NCBI GenBank assembly: GCA_945860865.1
Contig: CAMARW010000001.1
Span: 136,154-200,153 of the forward strand
Reading direction: 5' to 3'
Length of the DNA stretch: 64,000 nt
Origin: Chitinophaga pinensis
GTDB lineage: Bacteria > Bacteroidota > Bacteroidia > UKL13-3
Below, in pieces: positions 16,601 through 24,632 of the stretch. The notes below the pieces were generated by a model, which saw only the letters and a list, made by a program, of their open reading frames with translations, was not told where the DNA came from and searched no databases. The first letter of the stretch is position 1, and every line of letters starts with the position of its first letter. Position numbers and translations under genes: made by a program.

Positions 16601-18935
16601 AGTAAAAATCTCTATCAAAAATGGTGGTGGTATTCGTTCGGCGGTAGGATTTGTAAATGCAGTAGGAAGTAATGTATTACTTGAACCAAACCAAGCCAAC
16701 CCAGGCGCAGGTAAATTAGCTGGTGATATCTCTCAATTAGACATAGAAAACTCATTGCGTTTTAACAACAGGCTGGTTATTTTGAGCACCAATGTGGGTG
16801 GATTACGTAGGATTATGGAGCATGGTTTTGCTTCTACTAGACCGGGATTAACACCTGGCCAGTTTCCTCAAATTGGGGGATTAGCTTTAAGTTATGATAC
16901 CACATTGGCTTTAGGTAGTAAAATTAGATCTATGGTAACCATAGATGCCAACGGAAACCGTGTGGATACTTTGGTTAGAAATGGTGCGTTGGTAGGTGAT
17001 ACAACCCGCATCTTTAAATTAGTTACGTTAAACTTTTTGGCTAACCCATCTGGCGCAGGATCGCCGATTGGTGGTGATGGTTTTCCTTTCCCTTCTAATA
17101 CCTTTAACAGAGTGGATTTAGATACTGCCATTAAAACGGTAGGTACATCTAATTTTACAGCAATAGGTGGTGAGCAGGATGCCTTTGCCGAATTTTTACA
17201 AGCTAAACATGCAACGGCTCAAACAGCATATGCGGTTAGAGACACTAATTTGTTTGGAGATAGAAGAATTCAGTTATTGAATACAAGACCAGACGCTATA
17301 TTCCCTGAAACTAATCCTGCTAGAACTATTTTAGCTGCCAGAAACACTGCACCAAATCAATTGGTAAGAGTACGTGGTGTGGTAAGTAGAGCTTGGGGTA
17401 GATTTATATACATACAAGATGCAACAGGTGGTATTGGTGTGCGCCAAAGCAGTGGTGCAATGGTAGATGCCATAACTGCTGGAAATCTTGTTAAAGGAGA
17501 TAGCGTAGAAGTAATTGGTTTACGTAATGAGTTTAATAACTATGCACAAATACAATTAAACACGGGTGCTTATTCTGGAGTTAATACTGTTGTAAAATTA
17601 GGTTCAGGCAAAACTGTAACACCAGTTGTAGTAACTGTGAAGCAATTATTAGCTAATGCTGAATTGTATGAAAGCGTTTTGGTTAGAATAAATGGCTTAC
17701 GTACTGCTGCTACTGGAAATTTTGCTGCTAGTACTAATTACACTATTTGGGATGGAAACACCGTTGGTGATACTACTTTATTACGCGTAATTGCCGCAGC
17801 AGATACTGAAATGGAGGATGCTCCAGCTTTAGCTATACCTACAGATACTTTTACTTTTGAAGGAATAGTGGCTCAGTTTTGTAGCAGTCCGGCCAATAAT
17901 TGTGGCTCAGGCTACCAATTATATGGCGTAAGAAAAGCAGATGTTATTTTTACACCTCCTACTTTAAAGCCGTTTAATTTGCTTACACCAGCTAATAACG
18001 CTTCGGTGTTTGTAACTGCCGGCAGTACAGCACCTGTTGAAATTAAATTTGGTTCAGCCAAATTACCTGCAGCCAGATATAAGTGGAAAGCAGCTTTAGC
18101 CGCTGGTAGTTTAAATATGCCTTTGCTAACCTTAAATACAGATAAAAACGGAGCAGATACAGTGCTAACTTTAATAGCTGGAAATGTTGATGCTTTATTG
18201 GCTTCATTGGGATTAAATAAACGTGATTCTGTGCTTTTAAAATGGACAGTATACGCTTATAATGGATCAGATTCATTAATGGCCACAGAAGAGAGATTAA
18301 TTACTCTTGGTAGAAACCGTACATTGAGTGCATTTAACTTATTAAATCCAATGAATAATGCGCGTGTAGTGGTAGAGAAAGCCAATACTACACCGGTAAT
18401 CATTAGCTGGCAAACTTCAAATACTGCTACTAAATATACTTGGTTTTTAGATGTGCCAAGTGGTAATTTTAGTAAGCCAGTTGTAAAATTAAATGCTGAT
18501 TTAAACGGAGCCGACAACCAATTAACTTTAACTAGTGGTGCTATAGATGCAGTGGCAGAAGCTGCTGGTGTGGTTGCGGGCGATAGTATTAATTTAAAAT
18601 GGACTGTTAAGGCTTATGAAGGAACAGATTCTTTGTTTGCTGCTGCACCATTTAATATTAAAGTTGTAAGAGCTAAGTTGGTTGGTTTAAGTGAGAAAGA
18701 TTACGCGCAAGTAATAACACTTTATCCTAATCCGGTTAACAATTATTTAAAGATTAACTCTGGTATAGATTTAAATGGTTCACATTACGAAATAGCCACT
18801 TTAGATGGAAAACAAGTAATGAATGGTACTTATACAGGTGAAGAAATTTCTTTAATTGGAATGCAAAGTGGTCTTTACATTATTAAGATTACCTACGGGC
18901 AAAGTGCTATCTACAAAAAAATAATAAAAGAGTAG
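13653..18935 (+). CDS. Giant T9SS-secreted multidomain phosphoesterase: choice-of-anchor-I-like propeller + 5'-nucleotidase/metallophosphatase + OB-fold module + two tandem ~105-aa repeats + T9SS CTD
   Basis: 1760-aa ORF from a TTG. The more likely start is the ATG at 13692 (MISLLKKKALLLALAAGLSGFLQAQ). The N-terminal ~540 aa carry LEPEYIAVSDDGNTAWVTCQENN, VTANEGDAR and GPEPEAI motifs. The metallophosphatase motifs are LHSSDMES, SGDNVLPG and GNHEFDLG, followed by a 5'-NT C-terminal domain (ETNLGNVSSDA). An OB-like segment reads LVRVRGVVSRAWGRFIYIQDATGGIGV. There are repeats FNLLTPANNA.../FNLLNPMNNA... The CTD reads LYPNPVNNYLKIN...GLYIIKI. Confidence 0.8.
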   Translation: MKYNNVNNFYKQNMISLLKKKALLLALAAGLSGFLQAQINMQFSGRFSTGFYDKAAAEITAYDAVTKRLFITNGPDSSFKIVNASNPANPVLISSISIKPYGIDLTSVAVKNGVVAITVIDSLGKTENGKVVFFGVNGNYLNQVDVGPNPDMLIFTPDGKKILVANEGEPNDGYTIDPEGSVSIIDVSGGIAGLNQSNVQRAGFTQFNTGPIDYKIKITGRIQSGGNFLRNSTVAEDLEPEYIAVSDDGNTAWVTCQENNCLAELNIVTGTFTRLIPLGFKNHNLPGNGLDASDQGGVVNIANRPVFGMYQPDAIASYKAGNTTFLVTANEGDARADWGAANVEDVRFGAVTYTVDTNKFGGAAAVAALKANTAMGRLNVSNKYGDFNNDGLFDSIFCFGARSFSIWNGTTGQLVWDSKDQFEQLTKTLFPTNFNASSTSNTLKNRSDDKGPEPEAITIGKILDSTYAFIGLERIGGIMIYNITNPANPYFVQYVNTRVFTQTPGLNLGGDLAPEGIIFVPANQSANGKPMLVVSFETSGTVVMFEINSRSDFQLQVLHSSDMESSVSATVDAPNFAAIVDKLEDEYPNSILLSSGDNVLPGPFLSSGEDPSLQTPLRTTAASYYAGNGNQLRPAIGRTDIAIMNVMGYNASAMGNHEFDLGTTELNGQIGVDIRSNGADKRWIGAQFPFVSCNLNYSQDVNLSYLFTNQILRDTAFKTAANITANSQKKGIAPSVVIERNGQKIGVVGITTQILAQISSPGATTMVGPSSNDMPALAQIMQPFIDSLRVKEGINKIIVLSHLQQINLEISLAPLLKGVDIIIAGGNHELLADGTDRLRGGQAVYGTYPMMLNNFDNEPLLLINSTSEWKYVNRLVVDFDVTGKIIVSALDSTINGVYAADSAMVTQLYGSYAAGFTAGSKGQQVRLLCAAVANVINLKDGNVLGKSKVFLEGRRNLVRTEETNLGNVSSDANLWYAQQYDPEVKISIKNGGGIRSAVGFVNAVGSNVLLEPNQANPGAGKLAGDISQLDIENSLRFNNRLVILSTNVGGLRRIMEHGFASTRPGLTPGQFPQIGGLALSYDTTLALGSKIRSMVTIDANGNRVDTLVRNGALVGDTTRIFKLVTLNFLANPSGAGSPIGGDGFPFPSNTFNRVDLDTAIKTVGTSNFTAIGGEQDAFAEFLQAKHATAQTAYAVRDTNLFGDRRIQLLNTRPDAIFPETNPARTILAARNTAPNQLVRVRGVVSRAWGRFIYIQDATGGIGVRQSSGAMVDAITAGNLVKGDSVEVIGLRNEFNNYAQIQLNTGAYSGVNTVVKLGSGKTVTPVVVTVKQLLANAELYESVLVRINGLRTAATGNFAASTNYTIWDGNTVGDTTLLRVIAAADTEMEDAPALAIPTDTFTFEGIVAQFCSSPANNCGSGYQLYGVRKADVIFTPPTLKPFNLLTPANNASVFVTAGSTAPVEIKFGSAKLPAARYKWKAALAAGSLNMPLLTLNTDKNGADTVLTLIAGNVDALLASLGLNKRDSVLLKWTVYAYNGSDSLMATEERLITLGRNRTLSAFNLLNPMNNARVVVEKANTTPVIISWQTSNTATKYTWFLDVPSGNFSKPVVKLNADLNGADNQLTLTSGAIDAVAEAAGVVAGDSINLKWTVKAYEGTDSLFAAAPFNIKVVRAKLVGLSEKDYAQVITLYPNPVNNYLKINSGIDLNGSHYEIATLDGKQVMNGTYTGEEISLIGMQSGLYIIKITYGQSAIYKKIIKE

Positions 18936-18954
18936 ATTCAATTTAATTGGAGAT

Positions 18955-18996
18955 AAAAAAGGGGGAACAACTAGTAAAGTTGTTCCCCCTTTTGTG
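18955..18996. terminator. Bidirectional rho-independent terminator between convergent genes
   Basis: Perfect 12-bp stem GGGGGAACAACT (18961-18972) / AGTTGTTCCCCC (18978-18989) with loop AGTAA. It is flanked by an A-run upstream and a T-run downstream. Confidence 0.7.
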
Positions 18997-19054
18997 TTTT
19001 AAATAGCTTTTGATTAAGGCGCATTACTCCACCTAAATTTTGTTGCTGAGCTTA

Positions 19055-19471
19055 TTAAACCTTAGCTATAAACCAATCAAAAATGGCTGTTAACACTTTT
19101 GTTTCTGATGCATCAAATAGGGTTGCTTTTACTTGCAACTGTGCCCTACCTTTCTGATTTAAATCTTGTAAAAATTGTTCTTTATCTATCTCCACAAATT
19201 GCACTTGAGATTGTAACAAACCCAAGGCAGGTTTGTGGTATTTGGCCTCAGTTTTTCTAACCATGGGGGCTAGGTTAAAGCCTACATGAGAAAATTCTCG
19301 CAATAAAAATTCGCCTGCACTAGCTTCGGCTAAGGTAAGCTGAACACAAGCATGGTAATTGCCCAAGTGGTTTAAAAAGGAGGGCTGTTCTGCTATTTCA
19401 AAAATATAGGCATTATTAGCTGCTTTTTTAATTTGCAGCATTTGATGAAATGGAATTTTTAATACGTCCAT
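19055..19471 (-). CDS. Hotdog-fold (PaaI/YiiD_C-like) thioesterase
   Basis: 138 aa. Size and sequence pattern (NHLGNYHACVQLTLAEASAGEFL) fit small hotdog thioesterases. The family assignment is by recollection only. Confidence 0.45.
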   Translation of the reverse strand: MDVLKIPFHQMLQIKKAANNAYIFEIAEQPSFLNHLGNYHACVQLTLAEASAGEFLLREFSHVGFNLAPMVRKTEAKYHKPALGLLQSQVQFVEIDKEQFLQDLNQKGRAQLQVKATLFDASETKVLTAIFDWFIAKV

Positions 19472-19476
19472 ATTAT

Positions 19477-19740
19477 CTAGTTAATTGGCGGCAATTCATT
19501 TCTTTCTTTTTGCGCCTCTTTGCGTTTTACATACAAAAATAAACTTTCCACTTTGGTTCTAGCCCAAGGTGTTTTGCGCAAGAACTTTAGGCAAGAATTA
19601 ATACTTGGGTTGTGCTGAAAACAATTGATATTTACGGCTTCTCCCAAATATTCCCAACCTTTGGTAACAACCAAATACTCCATAATATCTTTGAGTGCTA
19701 TACCATGTAGTGGATTGTTCTTTTGTTTATTTTCTTCCAT
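19477..19740 (-). CDS. DUF2132 / VF530-family small DNA-binding-like protein
   Basis: 87 aa. NPLHGIALKDIMEYLV..GWEYLGE.VNINCF...PSINSCLKFLRKTPWARTKVE matches my memory of the DUF2132 signature. Confidence 0.55.
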   Translation of the reverse strand: MEENKQKNNPLHGIALKDIMEYLVVTKGWEYLGEAVNINCFQHNPSINSCLKFLRKTPWARTKVESLFLYVKRKEAQKERNELPPIN

Positions 19741-19744
19741 CCAC

Positions 19745-22123
19745 CTATTTCTTTTTCTTCATTGGGTTATCTTCTGTACTTTGTCCGCGCACTGCTGTCT
19801 TGGCTTTAAACAATTCTATGCGGGTAGGAGTGGCGGTGGCAGGCCAAGTGTTGTTAGCTTCATTAATATCGGCAGTTTCTTTAAAAGGGTCTATCAAAAT
19901 AGCGCTCACTTTTTTAGATTTAGCAAAGGTTTTTACTACCTTGTTTTCATCTTTACGCCAAATATAAGCACTAATCCTATCTACTTCTTTACTACCATCT
20001 TCAAATTGCCATTCAATAATAACCGGCATCACTAGTCCGCCCTTGTTACTTAAATGCAACTCATAATAATAATTACCAGCATAAACATTTAGCTCTTCTT
20101 CGTTTACTACACTAATATTCTCGTAGCGATTAACGGTTTTAGTTGTTTCTGGCTCTTCTTCTGGTTTATAATAATAGTAAAAATCGCGCAAACTGGTGTC
20201 TTGGTCAACCAAAAATAATTGTCCGCTTTCTTTATTTCTTAAGCGCGAAACATGGATGTATTCTACTTTATTTTTTTTGCCTCCACGCTTTACCGTTTCA
20301 TTGCGTTCTAAGGCTTTTTCTGGCTTGCTAACTTGTATTACTGAAACGCTATCTAAGGCTATATCAACCGGTTCTATATCGTAAAACCAACCACGCCAAA
20401 ACCAATCTAAATCTACACCCGATGCATCTTCCATACTTCTAAAAAAATCTGCGGGAGCTGGGTGTTTAAATGCCCACCTGCGGCAATATTCTTTAAAGGC
20501 ATAATCAAATAACTCTCTGCCCATAACTGTTTCGCGCAAAACATTTAATGCTGTGGCAGGTTTGCCATAAGCGTTTGAACCAAATTGATTGATGTTTTCG
20601 CTGTTGGTCATGATGGGTTCTAACTCATCTTTGGGTAGTTTCATATAGTCTACAATTTTGTGAGCAGGACCTCTGCTGCTGGGGTAATTATTATCAAAAG
20701 CTTGCTCGGTTAAAAACTGAACAAAAGTATTTAAGCCCTCATCCATCCAACTACAATTGCGCTCATCGCTGTTAATAATCATAGGGAAGAAATTATGTCC
20801 TACCTCATGAATAATTACGCCTAACATGCCGTATTTGGTTCGTTCTGCGTAGGTGCCATCTTCATCGGTTCTACCAAAATTAAAGCAAATCATGGGGTAT
20901 TCCATGCCACTGGCTGCTTCTACGCTAATGGCCACTGGGTATGGGTAAGGAATAGTAAATTTAGAGTAGGTTCTTAGGGTATGTGCTACTGTTTTAGTTG
21001 AGTATTTTCTATATAAAATGTATGCCTCTTTAGGGTAATAACTCATGGCCATTACCGGTTTGTTTGCAATAGGAACAACCATGGCATCCCAAATAAATTT
21101 GCGCGAACTTCCCCAGGCAAAATCGCGTACATTTTGTGCTTTGTATTTCCAGGTTTTGTAAGCTTTTAAATCGGTATTTGGGTTTAGTTCTTTGTATTTT
21201 GCTTCTTCCAATGTAACCACTTCTATGGGGTCTGTTGTAATATTTTGTTCACTAGAAATAGTGTTTTGAGCTTGTTTCCAGCGGGCTAATTGGGCCGGAC
21301 TTAATACCTCTGCATAATTGCTACAAGTTCCGGTAGAAGCCACAATATGGTCTGCGGGCACTTTCATGTTTACCTCAAAATTGCCAAACACCAACGAAAA
21401 TTCACCTCTTCCGGTAAATTGCTTGTTGTTCCAGCCTTGGTAATCGCTGTATACACACATTCTTGGGTACCATTGAGAAATGGTAAAGGTACAATTACTG
21501 TCTGAACCAAATCGCTCATAACCGCCTCTGCCGCCAATTTTCATTCGCTCTGGAATTTTATAATTCCATTTGATGCGAAAGGCTATCTTTTGTTTAGACT
21601 TAAGTGGCGTAAGCAAATCAATACGCATCATGGTATAGTTGATGGTATAAGATAAAGGCTTGCCTAAGGTATCTGTAACCGATAAAATATTAACGCCATA
21701 TCCTGCCAAATTTTTCTGCGGATTTAATCCGTCAAGTTGCGATGTGGTTAAGGGTTTATAAAGCTTATTGCCATCAAAGAAATTTGATTCTGCATTGGGT
21801 TGGTGCTGGTTTTCATCTAGCTGTAACCATAAATAAGTAAGCACATCTGGAGAATTATTGTGGTAAGTTATTACCTCATCGCCATGTAAACGCAAATCTT
21901 GCTCGTCTAAAAAAGCATTTATTTTATAATCTGCTTGTTGTTGCCAATAGCCGGCTCCTGGAGCACCAGAGGCTGTTCTGTAAGTATTGGCATCGGGCAA
22001 AATGGTGCTCAATTGTTCAAATTTGTTTCCATGATTTGAATTGGGATTATTGCGTAAATTCTGCGCAGAAACCAAGTTTAGGTTCAAACCGAAAAGAACC
22101 ATTGATAGTATATATTTTTGCAT
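19745..22123 (-). CDS. M1-family zinc metallopeptidase (gluzincin)
   Basis: HEVGH followed by 18 residues and then E (WMDEGLNTF) gives the HExxH-x18-E motif. The ORF runs to 22168. The ATG at 22123 yields a clean signal peptide (MQKYILSMVLFGLNLNLVSAQ) and removes the overlap with the upstream gene. Confidence 0.85.
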   Translation of the reverse strand: MQKYILSMVLFGLNLNLVSAQNLRNNPNSNHGNKFEQLSTILPDANTYRTASGAPGAGYWQQQADYKINAFLDEQDLRLHGDEVITYHNNSPDVLTYLWLQLDENQHQPNAESNFFDGNKLYKPLTTSQLDGLNPQKNLAGYGVNILSVTDTLGKPLSYTINYTMMRIDLLTPLKSKQKIAFRIKWNYKIPERMKIGGRGGYERFGSDSNCTFTISQWYPRMCVYSDYQGWNNKQFTGRGEFSLVFGNFEVNMKVPADHIVASTGTCSNYAEVLSPAQLARWKQAQNTISSEQNITTDPIEVVTLEEAKYKELNPNTDLKAYKTWKYKAQNVRDFAWGSSRKFIWDAMVVPIANKPVMAMSYYPKEAYILYRKYSTKTVAHTLRTYSKFTIPYPYPVAISVEAASGMEYPMICFNFGRTDEDGTYAERTKYGMLGVIIHEVGHNFFPMIINSDERNCSWMDEGLNTFVQFLTEQAFDNNYPSSRGPAHKIVDYMKLPKDELEPIMTNSENINQFGSNAYGKPATALNVLRETVMGRELFDYAFKEYCRRWAFKHPAPADFFRSMEDASGVDLDWFWRGWFYDIEPVDIALDSVSVIQVSKPEKALERNETVKRGGKKNKVEYIHVSRLRNKESGQLFLVDQDTSLRDFYYYYKPEEEPETTKTVNRYENISVVNEEELNVYAGNYYYELHLSNKGGLVMPVIIEWQFEDGSKEVDRISAYIWRKDENKVVKTFAKSKKVSAILIDPFKETADINEANNTWPATATPTRIELFKAKTAVRGQSTEDNPMKKKK

Positions 22124-22131
22124 AGTATAGA

Positions 22132-22719
22132 TTAAATAATTGCCGAAAAGCGCTCTGCCATTAGCCATAAACTGAGTATGGCACCTAAAATAGATAGTAA
22201 TTGTTTTTGCAGAACTTCTTTTTTTGGCGCCATTAATTTTAAGCTTGTAGTAAGGATAAGCAAGGCAATAATAATAAAAATTTGTCCAAGTTCTAGTCCA
22301 AGGTTAAATGCCAGTAGCGGCATTGCTAGGCTGTTTGTTTCGCCCAGCAAGGAGCGTAGTAAAAAAGAAAATCCCAAACCATGAATAAATCCAAAGCATA
22401 AAGTAAGGGCATAATTGGTTTGTAGCGAAAGCGGATTTTGTTTGTAAACGGCAATAATATTTTGAATAGCCGTAATAAAAATGCTGAGCGGAATTAAAAA
22501 TTCTATCAAGGCAACATTGGGTTTAAACCAGCCCATAACCGCAATGGCTAACGAAAGACTATGGCCCAGCGTAAAAGAACTAACTAGCCACAATAAGGGC
22601 ATTTTGTGTTGCCAAGAAAAAGGGATACACAGCACCCATAAAAACAGGATATGATCATACCCATTTATATCTGCTATATGTGCTAAACCGGTTTCAAACC
22701 AAACCCAAAATTCTTGCAT
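22132..22719 (-). CDS. HupE/UreJ-family membrane protein
   Basis: 195 aa, polytopic and His-rich at the N-terminus (GLAHIADINGYDHILFL). The pattern is typical of the HupE/UreJ_2 family. Confidence 0.65.
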   Translation of the reverse strand: MQEFWVWFETGLAHIADINGYDHILFLWVLCIPFSWQHKMPLLWLVSSFTLGHSLSLAIAVMGWFKPNVALIEFLIPLSIFITAIQNIIAVYKQNPLSLQTNYALTLCFGFIHGLGFSFLLRSLLGETNSLAMPLLAFNLGLELGQIFIIIALLILTTSLKLMAPKKEVLQKQLLSILGAILSLWLMAERFSAII

Positions 22720-22739
22720 GCTTTTTATATATTTGAAAC

Positions 22740-23255
22740 GTGCAAACTAAAAAAAAATATCTAAATCTGATACTGCTCTGCTTGCTGCTTATTATTAGTT
22801 TTGGGTTTAACACTAAAAAACATCCTTTTTATTTGAGCGTAACAGAGTTAACTATCAACTCGCAATCAAAAGAGGTAGCACTTAGTTGTAAAATTTTTAC
22901 CGACGATTTGCAATTGGGCCTGCATCAAATGCATAATAAAGCCATAAACCTTGAAAAACATAGTCGCCTCAACGATTCTTTATTGGCCATTTTTGCACGT
23001 AAAAACCTGCAAGTTTTTGTTGGTAATAAACCAGTATTATTTACCTATTTGGGCTATGAAATTATAGAAGAAGCGGTTTGGTTTTATTTAGAAGGAGCTT
23101 TACCCAAAGGTACTATCTCTGAGGTGCGTGTGCAGAACAATATTTTATGTAACGCTATAACTAGCCAAAGCAACTTGGTTCATTGCACGTTGAATAAAAT
23201 GCGCCAAAGTCATAAACTAAATTGCCCAGAGAAGGAGTTTGTTTTTAAGTTTTAA
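22740..23255 (+). CDS. Hypothetical secreted protein (DUF6702-like by recollection)
   Basis: 171-aa ORF with a GTG start. The signal-like N-terminus is followed by HPFYLSVTELTIN. It lies divergent to the HupE gene. Confidence 0.4.
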   Translation: MQTKKKYLNLILLCLLLIISFGFNTKKHPFYLSVTELTINSQSKEVALSCKIFTDDLQLGLHQMHNKAINLEKHSRLNDSLLAIFARKNLQVFVGNKPVLFTYLGYEIIEEAVWFYLEGALPKGTISEVRVQNNILCNAITSQSNLVHCTLNKMRQSHKLNCPEKEFVFKF

Positions 23256-23329
23256 ACCCTTCTGCAACATCTGTTACATAGTACTTTTTTTTAGAGGGTC
23301 ATCTTTGCTGCACCAAAAATAATAGTACT

Positions 23330-23608
23330 ATGCAAAATTTAGCACAAGAATTTGCCAATGGCAAATTAAAAATTGTAGATGTTAGAACGCCTCAAGAGTT
23401 TATGGGCGGACATGTAGCGGGAAGTATAAATGTTCCTTTAAATGAGTTGCCAGAGCGAATGAATGAACTTAAATCTATGGAAAATATTTTGTTATGTTGT
23501 GCCTCGGGTGGCAGAAGTATGCAAGCAACGGATTACCTGCGCAACAATGGAATTGATTGCCAAAATGGAGGTTCATGGTTACAAGTAAATTTTGAATTAA
23601 CCGCGTAA
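23330..23608 (+). CDS. Single-domain rhodanese sulfurtransferase
   Basis: 92 aa with VDVRTPQEF and the active-site loop CASGGRS. Confidence 0.8.
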   Translation: MQNLAQEFANGKLKIVDVRTPQEFMGGHVAGSINVPLNELPERMNELKSMENILLCCASGGRSMQATDYLRNNGIDCQNGGSWLQVNFELTA

Positions 23609-23609
23609 T

Positions 23610-23879
23610 ATGAATATATTTTCAATAGAAAATCTGAAGAGTCATTGGAGCTTTATCAAGATTTTTAAGGTTGCTTTGGCACTTATGGTTTTGGTTCAGG
23701 CCTATATGGCAAATGAGCCTTTTTTAGCAATATTTGCTTTGTTTTTTATGGGACAAACCATACTTAATGTAGGCTGCGGATCGCCGGCTGGTTGTGGTGT
23801 ACCTAGCACAAATAAAATAGAAAAATCAACAGAAGACATTACTTTTACCGAGGTAATTTCAAATAAAAATGAAAAATAA
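23610..23879 (+). CDS. Small two-TM membrane protein with a Cys-rich loop
   Basis: 89 aa with two hydrophobic segments followed by VGCGSPAGCGVP. It lies between two rhodanese genes, with a 1-nt gap upstream and an 11-nt overlap downstream. Confidence 0.4.
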   Translation: MNIFSIENLKSHWSFIKIFKVALALMVLVQAYMANEPFLAIFALFFMGQTILNVGCGSPAGCGVPSTNKIEKSTEDITFTEVISNKNEK

Positions 23880-24606
23880 TATGAGCAGGATAAATCAAAA
23901 ATTGGGTGTTTTGTTGGCAATAGTAGTGGTATTGTTTAGTGCTTGTTCGCAGCAAAGTAGCAAGGGCGGCAAGGTTTCTCCAGATGAGTTTGAGAAGTTA
24001 ATTACTAGCACGGATGGTGCGCAAATTATAGATGTGCGCACGGCAGAAGAATATGCTTCTGGACATGTAGCTAAAGCAGTTAATATGGACATTAATGCGT
24101 CAGATTTTGAACAAAAAATAGCTGCTTTGGATAAAGCTAAACCTGTTTTTGTTTATTGTTTATCGGGGGGTAGAAGCGCAGGTGCTGTGTCTATGATGCA
24201 AAAATCTGGTTTTACTACCATTTACGAAATGCCTGGCATGATTGCCTGGAACAGCGCCAATAAACCGGTTGAAACTGTTGAATCTGTTGCTGGTCCAAAG
24301 GTAAAGGGTTTAACCGAACCAGAATACTTAGAAACAGTAAAGAGCGATAAATATGTTTTGGTAGATTTTAATGCCGTTTGGTGTGGCCCCTGCAAAAAAT
24401 TAACGCCTATCTTAGATAAAATTGCCGAAGACAAAAAAGATAAATTGATACTCCTTAAAATTGATGCAGATGAAAATCCTGAATTATTGCAATCTAAAGG
24501 CATAGAGGGTATTCCTTACCTAGAACTTTATAAGGATGGCAAATTGGTATGGAGTTACAAGGGTTTTATTAGCGAAAGCGAAATATTGGCTCAAACGAAG
24601 TTATAG
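23869..24606 (+). CDS. Lipoprotein fusion of rhodanese and thioredoxin domains
   Basis: 245 aa with lipobox LFSAC, rhodanese loop CLSGGRS and the thioredoxin motif WCGPC. Confidence 0.8.
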   Translation: MKNNMSRINQKLGVLLAIVVVLFSACSQQSSKGGKVSPDEFEKLITSTDGAQIIDVRTAEEYASGHVAKAVNMDINASDFEQKIAALDKAKPVFVYCLSGGRSAGAVSMMQKSGFTTIYEMPGMIAWNSANKPVETVESVAGPKVKGLTEPEYLETVKSDKYVLVDFNAVWCGPCKKLTPILDKIAEDKKDKLILLKIDADENPELLQSKGIEGIPYLELYKDGKLVWSYKGFISESEILAQTKL

Positions 24607-24632
24607 CGAATAGGGTCCAGATTCTGGACTCT

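Noticed and set aside
19625-20035. Plus-strand ORFs 19625-20035 and 19695-19967 (136 and 90 aa).
   Set aside because: They are antisense to, or overlap, the well-supported DUF2132 and M1 peptidase genes. Their products are low-complexity and Phe/Leu-rich.
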